DNA from: Octopus vulgaris
Lineage: Eukaryota
Reading direction: 5' to 3'
Assembly: GCA_951406725.2 (NCBI GenBank)
Contig: OX597822.1
Coordinates: forward strand, 79,236,001-79,300,000
Length of the DNA: 64,000 nt
The translations under genes were made by a program, and so were the position numbers. Each line of letters begins with the position of its first letter. The stretch's first letter is position 1. The notes beneath the pieces are model-generated. The model had not been told where the DNA came from, did no database searches, and worked only from the letters and a program-made list of their open reading frames with translations. Positions 39,855-53,413 of this stretch are shown here, piece by piece.

Positions 39855-40060
39855 GGAGCTTCTATATGGTCGCCTGAGCTGCTAAAAAAAACCCCAAAAT
39901 TACACACTTCTATCTTTAAAAGGAAGGACACACTGGATAAGCATAATGTTCTCCTGGATACATAATGGATGAATGGATAAAATACCCTGTGGTACTCATG
40001 GATGGGACATTTTTGATCTGAATTCTGCTCAATCAAAGCTGACTTGATGCTTACAACAAA
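39855..40060 (+). repeat. representative copy of an abundant old ~200-bp unclassified interspersed family
   Basis: approximate consensus TGCTAGAAATAGCAGCCAAATCTCCCTCAAATCACA..GGATGGTCA..TGATCATAGG..GGGCTAAACAACAAC; pieces also near 270, 840, 1810, 2040, 5880, 20230, 25030, 37950, 38280, 41780, 43435, 54545, 61010, 63610. Confidence 0.65.
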
Positions 40061-41034
40061 ATACATTTCTCCACAAAATAAAATGCATGAACACACACAC
40101 ACACATACAGTGTTACTCCACAACATCAGTTAAACTGAAAGCATGACTATTCGCATGTGAGAAGAAAGAAAGGAAGGTACTGGTTGCACTTTCATTGCAC
40201 TTGTATAACTAATGTCCTTGAGGAAAAGTTTGAATGTCAAAACATTAAGAGTTTCCAGCAAATATGACACTAGTCCACATTAAAAGAAAAAGGTGTATTC
40301 CTATGCTCTTAACCTTCAGGCAAGCAAAATTACCAATAGTTTCTAACACGCACAAGTCATTGATCGTCTTTTTTATGTTAGGGCTAGGACTGAGATAGGA
40401 TTGTGTGGTGGTCATGCTTTAGAGATGGAAATAAACTGAATTGACATTGACTAGCAGTTAAAACCAGCTCCCAGGTTCAGTTAAACTACAAAACTTATAT
40501 CATAAGAATTTTGAACTTTTGAGAGATGGAAAATAACTTCTTTTTTTTTTTTAAGACAACAGAACTCAAAGTATATAAAGCTATAAGTAATAGCATGTAT
40601 TAGGTTAAAAACCCATTTTAGATAGAAAGTGTCAAAAGCTACCCAACAAAAATATTTCTTAGATTACGGAATTACAAATATTTTAAGTTCAGTCCTGTTT
40701 TCAAAGTATTAAGTGCATAACACATAAATGACACAGATCCCAGGATAGGAAGCCAATTCTATTTTTAAATTTAACATTCAGAAGTTAACTGGTACATATT
40801 TCTAACAGTTATGTGAACTGAAACACTGTGGAGCTATCCACATAGAACATATCTATATGAAATGGGGAACAGTAAGGTTGGTGTTGGACTCAATGTTCCA
40901 AATCTAGTCCTTGCCATGACTTGTGCACTGCTATTAATCTTACTCCTAGGACATCTACCTCTATACAAATCTGTGTAAGGCCATGAGTAATCAAGATTAT
41001 TCAAGTGTATACAGAAGTAGGTAAGAATTTCATA

Positions 41035-41700
41035 TGATGGACCGAATGTGAATTATAAGTGCATAAGAGATGCAAGAAGAGGACTTTTCATGTTGTAAGT
41101 TTGCAGGATTTCTAACAGTAAGAGCAGCTATGAAATAAATTCTTTAGAATACTTGGAAGACTCCCTAGAAGTAATCGATAGCTTCTATTACCAAGGTAAC
41201 TTTATTAACAGTAGAGGAAGATGCTCTGAAAGCATAGAAGTCAGAGTAAGAAGAAAGAAAAAAATTCAGAGCTATTACATCTGCTAGCAACAAATGGATT
41301 CTCTCTTCAAATGAAAGGTACAGTGTATGAAGCTCATATATGAAGTTTCATGTTGCACAGAAACAAAATATATGCAATGAATATGAGGTGAGCATGCACC
41401 ATTGGATCTAAGAAAATTAGAGAACAAATGAGATGAAAGGAAAACTAGGCATGAGAGAAATCGAGTGTAGCATAGTACAAAGAAACTGAGCTAGTTCGAA
41501 TGAGCTGAATATGAAGGATGACATTTGAGTAAAGATATGCTAAGTGACTCAACAGGAACAAAACTGTGAAAGAAGAAGACTAAGGAAAAATTGAAAATAA
41601 GTGATGAAAGAATCTTAGGAAGCTGGTCCCACAAAAGAGATGGCAAAGGACTGTAACAAATGGTGAAACATTGTGCTGGAAAATACCCTTTGTCAATTTT
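41035..41700 (+). mobile_element. heavily degraded RTE-LINE ORF C-terminus
   Basis: LEVIDSFYYQG.. and KKFR..LLATNGFSLQMKG..YEA segments align with the RTE at 14371-14998. Confidence 0.7.
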
Positions 41701-41978
41701 GTATGGAAGAAAACCCTGTCTGGAGAACTGCACTTTACTGGAGACAACCCTTATTTTACCTTTTCCATTAAAGTATGGAAACTGATATAAAATGTTGGTA
41801 ATGATGATGTTAGTAGTATCCAAGAGTATATTAGCCAATACCTCCCCACCCTTTTTGTTAAAGATGGCATGGTGAGATTTGAGGAAGACTAACTGCTGTA
41901 ATCTAATTTGATGTTGCACTTATAGACTTTCATTTGGCAGGCTAGTGGCACATAGATAAGCATTCTTAAATAGATAGA

Positions 41979-42010
<32 letters not shown>

Positions 42011-42982
42011 TAGATAGATTGATAGAGAGTGAGAGAGATACATATATAGATAGATAGATTCTGTTATATTATCAGTGATAATAACTGCAAAATATGCACA
42101 TAGGTTATCTTTACTATTACACGAGAAAGAAGGGTGCATGGCACTTGGAGGAAATTGCTAAGTGTCAAGAGATATCAGCTAATATGGATGGATACAGAGA
42201 CAGTCATGCTGGTATGAACATGTGGTATAAAAATAAATGAAAGTTATGTGCTGATTGAAGAATCATAGTGAGTTTATGATGCAAAGTAACGTGGCAGATG
42301 TGGAAAGAAACTGTATGATCAGGTTTGAGAATGTTGGGTCACACTAGCAAAATTATGAATCATTGAGATAAGTCGTAGCACATCACCAATAGGGTGAACA
42401 ACCTACAGTAAAACCATGATGGTGATTATTGAAAACTGATAAAGTTTCTTAATTTTTATATTTACTTCTTTTCATTAGAGTTTAAATATCTGACAGCAAA
42501 ATTTATTTATTTTAGAATAAATTATATTTTTACACACACGAGAATGTCTAGATATGCAACTATATTGCATGAAATACATACATATCAGTTCGTAAAACAC
42601 TACATCAGAAAACGTCCAATCCATGCCCGTTTGGAAAAACGGAACAAAATGACAATGACAACGATGACGACGATGTGTAACAATATCCTGATAAATTAGC
42701 TGGCGTAAGATATTATACAAGTGCTACCCAGCAACTATAAATATAAACGAGTTGAAATATTAATAACATTTATCTCATTTAACATCATTTTATTTTTTCT
42801 TTCATTTATTTTCCAAAATGTATATTATTGCTGCAGAGATCGATTGTATTTAAAGCCACAAGTTAATGAGACTACGTGATCGGAAACTAGAATATTGCTA
42901 TTTTGGATCATAGAATCTTTTCGGAGTTTACATAACCGTCACGAGCTCTCTCGTTAAAGTTTAGTTATGTTATAAATATGAC

Positions 42983-43303
42983 TGGCACTCCGTCGGTTAC
43001 GACGACGAGTGTCGGTCATCTTTATAATACGACGAGTGTTCCAGCTGATCCGATCAACGGAATAGCCTGCTCGTGAAATCAACGTGCACATGTCTGAGCA
43101 TTCCACAGACACGCGGGAAGCTTAACGTAGTTCTCAGAGAGATTCAGTGTGACACAGAATGTGATAAGGCATACCCTTTGAAATGCAGGTATTACAAATT
43201 TTTGCCAGCTGAGTGGACCGGAGTAACATGAAATAAAGTGTCTTGCTCAAGGACACAACTCGCCGCTGAGTATCGAACTTACACCTCTGACCAGGCGCCT
43301 TCA
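42983..43303 (-). mobile_element. Meta-domain tRNA SINE
   Basis: minus strand GTTGTGTCCTTGAGCAAGACACTTTATTTCA..CCACTCAGCTG (Meta-like); 3' half shared with the SINE at 62329. Confidence 0.8.
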
Positions 43304-43326
43304 CTGTTATATAAAAAAAAAACCAC

Positions 43327-43390
<64 letters not shown>

Positions 43391-43959
43391 TGACAACATT
43401 CATTAATAATTCCTTTTACCACAATCACTCGACTAGCTAGAAATAGCAGTCAAATCTCTCTCAAATTACACCTCGCTGACTTGGAAAAAAATAATGTTTA
43501 TGGATGAAATGTCTGACTTCAGATCTGCTGGATCAGGGCTAGGGTTAAACAACACCGCTGGCAATATGCAAACGATTCAAATTTTTTTTAATGTCTAAGT
43601 TAGTCAGAGGAGGGGGAGGAACAGTATCTAGAACAGTTTTCAAGCCCTCCCCCACAGCCTGTGGGATCTACTGCGATCGATACCTAAACATCTACATACA
43701 GGTCAACAAGTGAGTTGAGAGTGAACTGGGCTTATAGTCTTCTTTTCACATCTAGGATGCTTTTCAGGTAATATTAACCCCTCTTCCTACTTAAATGGTA
43801 CGTTAATTTGTCGATTCGCAAGGCAAATTTACCGCAGATGAGATTTGAGCTGAAACTGTAAAGAACTCTAACGATATTTATATTGCAGACATCTGACATG
43901 CAGCGATTGTTTACATAAACAGATTAGATCGTAGAGTAATTGTGAAGTAATAGTTATTA

Positions 43960-44620
43960 GTGGTGATGGTGTAGAAAGGATAAAAGCGAGAGTCAGAATG
44001 ACACGAGAGGTGAAGGTCAACGACCAGCAGCCTGACCGCGAGCAAATTCATTGACTTAAAAACTTCATTGATTTCTCTGACCGAGGTCGCTCTTAAGTTC
44101 GAGATCTTTCGATGGGGAGAAGGAGAAGAGACAAGTGTAGTAGAAATACTGGCGGAAACCATGATGTCGACAACCAGAAAAAGACAGGGAGAAATAGTGA
44201 GAGAGGAAAAGACGAGGAGAGGGAACAAAGGCTTCCCATATTTATATTCATCAGATAAGGTAAATTTCTGATATAAAAATCGATACCGAATGAGACTGAA
44301 CTGGCCACAGATTAAGCGTGAAGAAATGGAGTGGGTGAGAGAAGTAGAGAGATAAAAAGAATAGAAAATTCAAGTGTGAGAGAGAATGGAGAGAGGTGAG
44401 AGAGAAAACAAGAAGAAGGCAATAAGAATGAGGCAGCAGAAGAAAGACAGAGTAAAAGAAAAAGTAGAAACCCTGAGAGAGAAAAAGAGACAAAGAGAAA
44501 GACAGTGACGGAGGAAGCGAGAGAAAAAGGGAGAAAGATCAAAGGGGAAAGAGGGTGAGAGAGAGTGTGCAGACAGTAATAACGAATAAAATAAAGAAAT
44601 GAGAATGTAGAGAATGTTAG
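43960..44620. promoter_or_regulatory. putative promoter / first-exon region
   Basis: unique CpG-rich sequence next to a long purine (GA) tract, immediately right of the CpG step at about 42.5 kb; candidate ACCATG (44161) and AAG|GTAAAT donor (44259/44260) on plus. Confidence 0.4.
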
Positions 44621-45749
44621 TGTTGATAGGGAGAAACAACAAATACACTTTAAACTAAGAGAGAATAGTTTAAAAGTTAGCTCGTTTTTAACACTCCTAA
44701 TGTAACGGTGTTAAAAGCACCGTTGCAAGGGCGATATAGTTTATACACAAACTGACAAATGGAATTTTCATGCCAAAGCACTTATCGAACTTGGTTTTGG
44801 TTCGAAACTCCACGCCCTGAGTCATATAGCTTCCCAAATAATAAAAATTCTCATATAGGCACAAAGCCAGAAATTTGGCGGAATAGGGAATAACCGATTA
44901 TATGGGACTTAGTACGTGAGAAGTACTTTGCTGACCCCAGAAGGACGAAAGGTAAAGAAAGCTGACCTCGGTAGCATTTCAACTCATAACGTAATGAGCC
45001 GGAACAAAGATCGCAAAGCATTTGTGCGACGCTCTACCGATTCTGTCAAAATTGCTGGACATTTACGCGGGCATACACACATGCATAATGTTAAAGATTT
45101 GTGAATAAGAAGGAACACCTATGCTGAACTGATGAGAAATCTGCAGTTACTCTCTCCAGACAATAACTTTAAATTTCTACCAATAATTACTTGAGCATGT
45201 CTAAAGATGCTGAGTTTGACAAAACCGAAAAGAACACGCCTAATCAGATTACAGCTATGAACTTTCAAAGTCACTGTCTTAATATGTAAAACATCGATAA
45301 AGTTTAGCATATTAGATCCACATATGCAATGCCACCCTCGCCGGCGCCCATTTGTACATGTATGTATATCGATACGTTTGAGCGCGTACACACACTACTG
45401 CTCTGTCTAAATTCCATTAATTAGATATAAAAAAAGAAAAAAAAACTAGAAAAGCACTCAGCGCAGACCTCCACCAAACCAGCAGGAGCAGTACTATGAC
45501 GACAACCACCACCACCACCACCATATCACAATCACCACCACCACAACCACCAACATCATCAGCATCATTGCCATTGCTTCCACTTCAACCACATACAACG
45601 CCATCAACGTTATCATGACGGTTACCTTGACAGTCACTTTCACCACCACAACCAATATAACCACTACAATACCACCATCACACAATTAACACTATCATCA
45701 ACATCACCTCAGTACCACACATCACACCGCCTCTGTCGCCATTTTAACC

Positions 45750-45984
45750 ACCTATTTCTTTACTACCCACAAAGGGCTAAACACAGAGAGGACAAACAAG
45801 GACAGACAAACGGATTAAGTCAATTATATCGACCCCAGTGCGTAACTGGTACTTATTTAATCGACCCCGAAAGGATGAAAAGCAAAGTCGACCTCGGCGG
45901 AATTTGAACTCAGAACGTAACGGCAGACAAAATACGGCTACGTATTTCGCCCGGCGTGCTAACGTTTCTGCCAACTCGCCGCCT
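45750..45984 (-). mobile_element. young full-length Nin-domain tRNA SINE
   Basis: head GGCGGCGAGTTGGCAGAAACGTTAG..GAGTTCAAATTCC; Nin-like GTCGACTTTGCTTTTCATCCTTTCGGGGTCGA..AAGTACCAG; 14-bp TSD TCGCCATTTTAACC (45736-45749, 45985-45998). Confidence 0.92.
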
Positions 45985-46454
45985 TCGCCATTTTAACCGC
46001 CGATACTATTTTATCCTCCTCCCATACCTATCTCGACCATCGTCATCATCAACACTGTCTCTGCTTTCACCACAATCACCGTCAAAACTACGATCACCAC
46101 AAACAGTTTTTTTACACAGTTGAAAATCCATTATCCGATACGCATGGGACCGAGACTGTTGCAGATTTTTGATTTTTCTAATTTCGGAGTGCTTAATTAA
46201 TAAAAAAAAATTGCATCTACAAAAAGGAACAGTTTGAGGATAGAAACTAGACATACTCTGAATGTAGTTCTATATAAATCTTTAATAATTTTTTTTATAC
46301 TTAAGACCATCAGAAATGTTAAGATATCAGCCTCTACCCACGTTGTCATGCTTTGATTAAAAGGTTACAGCATAGATTAGATTACTTAGATAAGTTTCGA
46401 CCAAAGTTGACTCAGGCCATGTCTAATTTAATAGCACCACCTGGAAGAGATACA

Positions 46455-46860
46455 CAGTCAGCTCTGGGGAACCGTAGCCCATTCAATCAGAGAGTTATTG
46501 TTTTCAGAGACATATCTGGGTGTGGGTGGTTTATCTGGTATTTGTTGTGGGTAATCATCTAGGGATCGTTTGAAAGCCGTGAAGTCACTTTCCTCCTTTA
46601 TGTCGGTCAGGCACGATATTGAAGAGAGCAGGGCCAATTGAGGTGAAATAGTTATGTCATAGTGTTGTGATATGACACGAACATTTCTGTAGTGGACGGA
46701 TGGCACGGGGGCCAAGCCTCGGACGAATTTTAAAGATGGGCAATATTGATGGAATATTTTCCACATCATACAGATGATATAGAGCTCACAGCAGCGGTGA
46801 AGGGAGCAAAGCCTGAGCTTTTTGAGTCGATCCCAATAGTCAAAGCTTGTCATGTCATCC
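46455..46860 (-). mobile_element. CR1/L2-group LINE ORF2 C-terminal fragment
   Basis: FDYWDRLKKLRLCSLHRC..YIICMMWKI..FKRSLD..IPDKPPTPRYVSENNNSLIEW. Confidence 0.8.
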
Positions 46861-46861
46861 T

Positions 46862-47239
46862 CCGCAGACCTCCGCCAAGCAGCTCATTTTAAGATAGATA
46901 CGCAAGTAAAATTTCTAATAAAGAAACGAAAATAAACTTTGGAAACAGCAACGCCACCATAGGTTATGTGGAAACAGTGAACGTGTTTTCAAGGGATATA
47001 ATCAAAGAATGTAACATTGTAATACTTCATGTAAAGTAAATATAACAAATGAAAAATCCTTCAAGAATCCATAAAAATTCCCGGATCACTACCAAAATTT
47101 CATCATCTGTTCCTTGTGTCATTACCAACTTTTCCTGTGGGTTTCATCAAATACCGTTCAAAACGTTTTGAGTTATTTTGCACACAGATGGACAAGCCAA
47201 ATCCAATGAAAACATAACCTCATTCCTTGGCGGAGGTAA
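46862..47239 (-). mobile_element. non-autonomous element with 12-bp (sub)terminal inverted repeats, possibly Helentron/HINE-like
   Basis: ACCTCCGCCAAG (46868-46879) and CTTGGCGGAGGT (47226-47237); a related terminus ending CTAG on minus lies at 45445-45478. Confidence 0.5.
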
Positions 47240-47655
47240 AAAAAAACATGCACACATGTACTTAAGCGTGTAGTTACGTATACCATATATGCTTTCATGT
47301 GCGGAAAGCAATAAGGGATCACAAATGACTGTGACCTGAGACGCTCTCGATGTCGTTTACGGCTACTGAAAGTGGTGGTCCGCTGCCCGGCACTGGTCCA
47401 TGCGCCATCAGTTGCCGGTACGCGGCGAGTTTCCAGAAAAGAAAGAAGCATTATAAAATGCTTATGTAATATTGTATTATTTGTTTACAAAATAAACATA
47501 AGATAAAAAATTGTCAACTTTTATTATATTCATTATATATATTGTTTCCGGTATAAATTAATATTACTAAGAAATATTACCAGTCCTTTGCACATTGAAA
47601 AGCAAAAAACTGCCAGTACGCCACATAAGATAGTTTGAGAAGCACTGGTCAACGG

Positions 47656-47750
47656 CATAGGTCTTACTTGACCCTGCATGACATAGGTCTTACTTGACCC
47701 TGCATGACATAGGTCTTACTGCCTGACATAAATAAGTCTTACTTGACCCT
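47656..47750. repeat. 26-bp minisatellite (two perfect units plus partial copies)
   Basis: CATAGGTCTTACTTGACCCTGCATGA repeated head to tail. Confidence 0.9.
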
Positions 47751-47769
47751 GTTGTATCCTTCACTGGAT

Positions 47770-48410
47770 GTAAATGCAAGGGCGACATACTGAAACTTAA
47801 TGCAGCTCTTGCTTCTCATTGATACTGCTGCAACATGGCTTCCAGTCAGTTCCAAGCACCTTTTATACCTTTTATTTCCTGGAAAGCTACATAGATAGCC
47901 AGGCAACTAACACTGGGGCTGTTTCCCCGGCTTCCATGTTCTTGTCGGGACCGACCAACTATTGGTGTTTTCCAAACACGTAATTGTTAAACCTGAAGGG
48001 CAATTGACTGACCTACGAACTTCAGGACCAGTCGGTGCTTCAAATGTACTGGGAGAGACAGCAATATCACATAGCGGAGAGTTAGCAGTAGTTGACATTT
48101 CAGATAATTCAGAAACTACACCTGGCATTTCAGATAACTCAAAAACTTCAAGTTTTCCAGCAACAACAGGAACTTCAACGGCTGTAACAATAGGAGCACG
48201 AGGTAACAATACTTTAGCTGACGAGGTTGGAGGTTTCAGAAGTTGATGTACATGTCGCTCCACAAACTCTTATTTCCAAATCAATGTCTCCCAACTGCCG
48301 CCTTATAGTGACTTCCACCCAGCATTCGCTAGCTCCAAGATTCAGTACAGGAACACAACCGTCCTTTCTAAATGCACGCAGGTGTAATATCTTTCACATC
48401 GTCATAGATA
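47770..48410 (-). mobile_element. Ty3/Gypsy LTR-retrotransposon remnant (integrase C-terminal region)
   Basis: frameshifted RAFRKDGCVPVLN..W..VTIRRQLG..EIRV..RHVHQL followed by a low-complexity linker and EVRRS fits the Gypsy W..G..Y.V..RHxDQL..RRS pattern. Confidence 0.65.
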
Positions 48411-50299
48411 TTAAAAACAAACATAATTTGTTATATCTGCTTTAAAACAGTAAAATGATATACGTGTGTGTGTGGATATGCAGGTGATATCTGTATCACA
48501 AGTATCAAGACGGCTACAAATGCTCGGTCTCATAATGTCTGTGAATAGCTCATGGCGATCTCACACTTATAAGCAAAGAGTGGGGAAGGAACTGCCTCTC
48601 AAAGAATAGCCTTTCGCTTCGGGATCAGAAAAGACAGCCCAAATAACGGCTCTTACAAATTTCGAATGATATCCATAATGGAATACCACTCGCACATCTT
48701 TGACAGTGCTGCTGAAACACACAAAATCCTTTAACACTCACTACCTCTTCAAAAAAATGTGTGTGTGTGAGGGGAACTTCCAAGTTATAGGCAATGACCC
48801 CCGAACCAAAAATGTTTATCATTACTATAACGGCCTCTTGATCCTTAGAAATAATTCGTCGCGCAACACGGCCACCTAACCCCGCTTGTCACTCACCTCT
48901 CCTCTCCCAGGATCCAGACCAACCACTTTGTCCAATCTTTCCATATCAGAAGATCAACCCGCTAGAATTCTTTTCTCTCCCACGTTCTTCCTAAAGACGT
49001 TTACTTTACATATGTTCAACCTGACATCAACAGTATCAAATCTTACCAATCACAAACGTGACTAGAACTTAAAACAGGCACTTTTTAACGCTACCCCTCA
49101 ATTCTTCAAAGTAAGTCACCCTAGGGACCACACCCCTCACACAAACTTGTTTCTCAGACCGAAGTATCTAATCTAATTCGGTTAACTACCGTCTGATCCA
49201 ACTTCACATGGCAACTGAATGAAATCGGACATACACATAAATTATATATGCATGCACGTGTACACGCACAAAGCAAAAAAAGATCAATTGTGTATTCGTT
49301 CGCATTCGTTTGTGATTGTTTTAACAGCAATTTCTTTTAATCTGCAAAGGCACACACACGCACACAAAAGAAAAAAATGGAAATCACGTTACAGTTTTAT
49401 ATAACATCCATACAACAGGAACTTTAAATTAAATCACCTAATCTGATAGGGCAGAGAAGATTTTTAAAAAGATATTTTAAAAAAGAACACTGGAAAATAT
49501 TTTTTAAAAAGGAAAAAAAAAAACTTGTTTAAGCGTGTAACAGATGAAGATACTGAGATAACGACGGCATTAATATCAGCAGTCATAACAACAAAAACAA
49601 AAAAATTAACACAAAGGAAATAAACAACACATGTCTTTGATTAGTTTAACATATTTCTAATGACCCCTAATTGCGCATGCAGACAGGCACTCCCACCATT
49701 TTCAAATCTGAAATCGTGCTGTATCTCTTCCTTACTTTGCTTGGATTGTTTACAAATTTGTGACCGTGTGTGTACCCTCAATGAAAGGAAGATATTAAAC
49801 TAAATGGATCTTCCGTCGGTTTTGACGATGACTATTTTAGCTGTTCGCTCAAAGGATCTAATTTAAATCGTATAGCTAAGCAGATTATTCCACAGACACT
49901 TCACCATAAATATAATCACCAACAACTTTATTATCACCACCATCACCGTCATCATGTGAAAATCTTAATTTAGAAATATTAAAAAAAGAAAAGATTGCTT
50001 CCAGTGAGTCTAGCCACATATTTATTGTTACTAACCAAGTTACTAATAGCTAAAAATTACCAGCATCAGTCTAACGCACACCATTACCATAGGAATAACG
50101 AATATATAATATGATTCTAAATAAATCAGTTATTGATCTTAATTTATAACAGAACTTTGTCATTGATATAGTGGGACAGGCATCATCAATCAGTTGAGAC
50201 CTCGTATCCGATCCCACTACGTGGCCCCTTGAGCAAGCGTCTCCTATCATGGTAGGGAAAAATTGGATAGATGATAGCAGTATGGAATAAGGAAAAAAG

Positions 50300-50335
<36 letters not shown>

Positions 50336-51000
50336 AGGTGATTTTCCTAAACAACAGCGCTTTGATTCCTTCCTTTGTCATACCTATTTCATTGCCAAAA
50401 TTTATGATAATGCTGATGATGGTATCGCTAATTGTGAGATACGAACTGCTTCTGCCAACAATGCATATGATGACGACGACAACAATTACAACGAAGTTGA
50501 TAATGACGATAATGATTATTGGCAATAATGCATCTTCAAATATCGTTCTGGACGACGATGACGAAATTGATAAATAGCACTAATAGTTATAGGTTGTTCT
50601 GGTTAGGTCTATGAAAATGATTATAGTGATAAATAACGGATGGAACTGGCAGCATAATTATGACAGTACTCTTACAGACCAAAAGAATTCATGATGACGA
50701 TTATGAAGACAACTGCGAAGTCGACGACGATAACGATGACGACAGCGATAGCGACGACGAAGATACAATGTTAAAAAGTTACTAATAGAGATTCGCTCAG
50801 TTGGATGAGATGATGAAAATGATAGATGAAATAGCAATAAAAAAATAAATAAATGGTGTTGCTGATGAGGATGTCTGTGCTACCATTGCCAGAAGTCAAG
50901 AATGACAACTATAATGATGATAATGATTCTAAATGCCATTAATGAAGATCTACTTAAACGTTATTATGCACCGTTCTTTTTATCTTTTTCAAATATTTCC

Positions 51001-51041
<41 letters not shown>

Positions 51042-52044
51042 GAAAATGCATCCATCTACACACACACTCACCAAAAAGGATAAACTTAAAATATAAAAAA
51101 AAAGATTTTAAAATGTTTTTTTACACCATAACAAACGAGAGAGCGAGAGAGAGGAGGGGTGAGTGTATATACCACACATAAGTGAGTTTGAGATTGTAAA
51201 TTGTGCAAACATAAAAATGTGTGTGTGTGTGTGTGTGTGTGTATGAAAGATCACGAGTTGGTGCAAGCGCCTAAGCTGTAACGGCTAAAACAAAAGAAGC
51301 AACAGACCATGTGTGCGAGACAGAGAGAAAATGTGTGTGCGAGACAGAGAGAAAATGTGTAAGCACACACACAAGATTTCACATGCATACAAATGTGCAC
51401 ACATACGTGTATATGATGGAAAGTAAAAATACGTGTCTGTATTGAGACAGTTTAAAAGGGTAAAGCACCGATGTGTAGGTAACGGATTTTTCTCTTTTAT
51501 TTTTAAAATAAGAACCATTTATAATGTACTAGAACAATTTCCAGCGTTAATTGTTTAATGACAATTCTTGAATAGGAAATGAAAACAGTGAACTGCACAC
51601 ATCCTAATCTCTTCATAGTTCAGCTCAGCAGGAAGCAATAAAAAATTTGTGGTTTTATTGTAGTAAAGCATTTTACAGAATGAATGAATGAATATAGATG
51701 CACATTTAGTGCAAAGGTTACGAAAAATACAACACAAAGACGTTGTAAAAAAAATAAACAGAGTTGGTATTAGTTTGACGCTCATGAAACTGGGGGTGGG
51801 TGGGCGGTGGGTAGGAAATGTTTTCGTTTCGAACACTCTTCTTCCGAAAGAGGGAATAGACATGGAAAGAATAGAACACAGAAAGGAAACTGGAAAAACT
51901 GAAATGCACATGCATCCAACCGTCACACACACACACACACACTTGTATGTGTATGTATGTGTGTGTGTATGTGTGCGTACGTGCACATATAAGTAAAAAC
52001 TTACTGTGGACAAGGCTGAGTGGCGTTCGATTATAAATAAATAT

Positions 52045-52706
52045 AAAATACATCAAGTAGAGGGCATCACCAACAAGTGAAAAATACGTAAATACATAAT
52101 GAGAGACAAGTACGGGACAAAATACCAAAAGAAGTCAAACCCCCTCCTCAGCTGTCGACTGTTAATTACTCCCTATTTCGAGCTTTCAACAAGATAGGAA
52201 ACCTTCATAAAACAGCAGCATCCAGAAATTATTAAAATATGGCCATTTCTCACACCACTCTCTTTTTCTGGACGTGACGTCCACTTAGCTAGACGTCATT
52301 TTTCTCGCCTCCCGACATTTATTTCTCTTATACTATTTTCTTCTCTTCTATTTATTTTATATCCTTTCAAAATTTCTCCCACGTGTTACTCATTACAATG
52401 CGTCTTGACCTAACGGCCCTTAATAATGTTTGTCTTCGTCGATTGCTTACTCTGTAGGTCCACTATGTCGTTTGTTCGTTCGAAGTTCTAACTCTCCACA
52501 AATTTTATATTTTAAAAATTTCTGGATGCTGCTGTTTTATGAAGGTTTCCTATATTGTCACTGAAAGGTCAAAATAGGGAGTAATTAACAGTCGACAACT
52601 GAGGAGGGGTTAGACTTCTGGTATTTTGTCCCGTACTTGTCCCTTATGTATTTACGTATTTTTCACTCGTTGGCGATGTCCTCTTCTTATTGTATATTTT
52701 TTGGTA

Positions 52707-52739
<33 letters not shown>

Positions 52740-53013
52740 CATCTGTACCTGCATATATGTATGTATATATATATATTAAACACACACAATGTATAAACAA
52801 TACACACACACACGGGTTCCTGTTATTCACAAGAGTAAGCTTGTCGGAGTTCTCTTTTATTCTAAAGCTTAAACCAACAGATTTTACAGCTAAAGAAACT
52901 GGGCCTATGAGCAGTACCAAAAAATATACAATAAGAACAGGACATCGCCAACGAGTGAAACATACGAAAATACATAAGGGACAAGTACGGGACAAAATAC
53001 CAGAAGTTTAACC
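52045..53013. mobile_element. Penelope-like tripartite inverted-repeat structure around a (TA)n tract
   Basis: A1 52045-52240 (plus), A2 52507-52708 (inverted), A3 52913-53013 (plus, pairs with 52608-52708); FILKLKP motif resembles PLE ORF ends. Confidence 0.6.
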
Positions 53014-53099
53014 GTCTTAGGACATGGACGCAATGGATCAATGCTAATCTATGTGTACTGTAACTTAGACGTAGATTGTGTACGCAGGGAGCTTTAGGG

Positions 53100-53413
53100 C
53101 AGTGGTTCCCAAAGTGGGCAGTATGCACCCCTCCCCCGGACGTTGGAAAGTTCCAAGTGGGCATTGAAAAAAGTGGGGTGATAATAGGGGAGCGATTCAT
53201 GTAAAAAGTGGAGCAATGATAATAGAGTAGTGATTCATGCATAAGCAACAAAATAATGGGTTTATTAAGTTCCGTTTTATTTGTGAAATACAGTTGCTTT
53301 GAATTTACTTCAGAAAGAGGTTTATGTTTGTGATGGTTAGTTAGGATGGAAGCGCTTGGAATGAGGCCTGGGACTCAAGGGGGCAGTAGCCCGAAAAACT
53401 TTGCGAACCTCTA
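53100..53413. mobile_element. hAT (Charlie-like) MITE, same family as 38424-38720, opposite orientation
   Basis: TIR CAGTGGTTCCCAAA and degenerate TTTGCGAACCTCTA; 8-bp TSD CTTTAGGG/CTGTAGGG. Confidence 0.85.

Noticed and set aside
47656-47750. 26-bp direct repeats as a CRISPR array
   Set aside because: Head-to-tail with no unique spacers; a minisatellite.
47907-48263. Complementary 118-aa and 94-aa ORFs as a host gene
   Set aside because: Explained as the low-complexity C-terminal tail of a Gypsy pol remnant.
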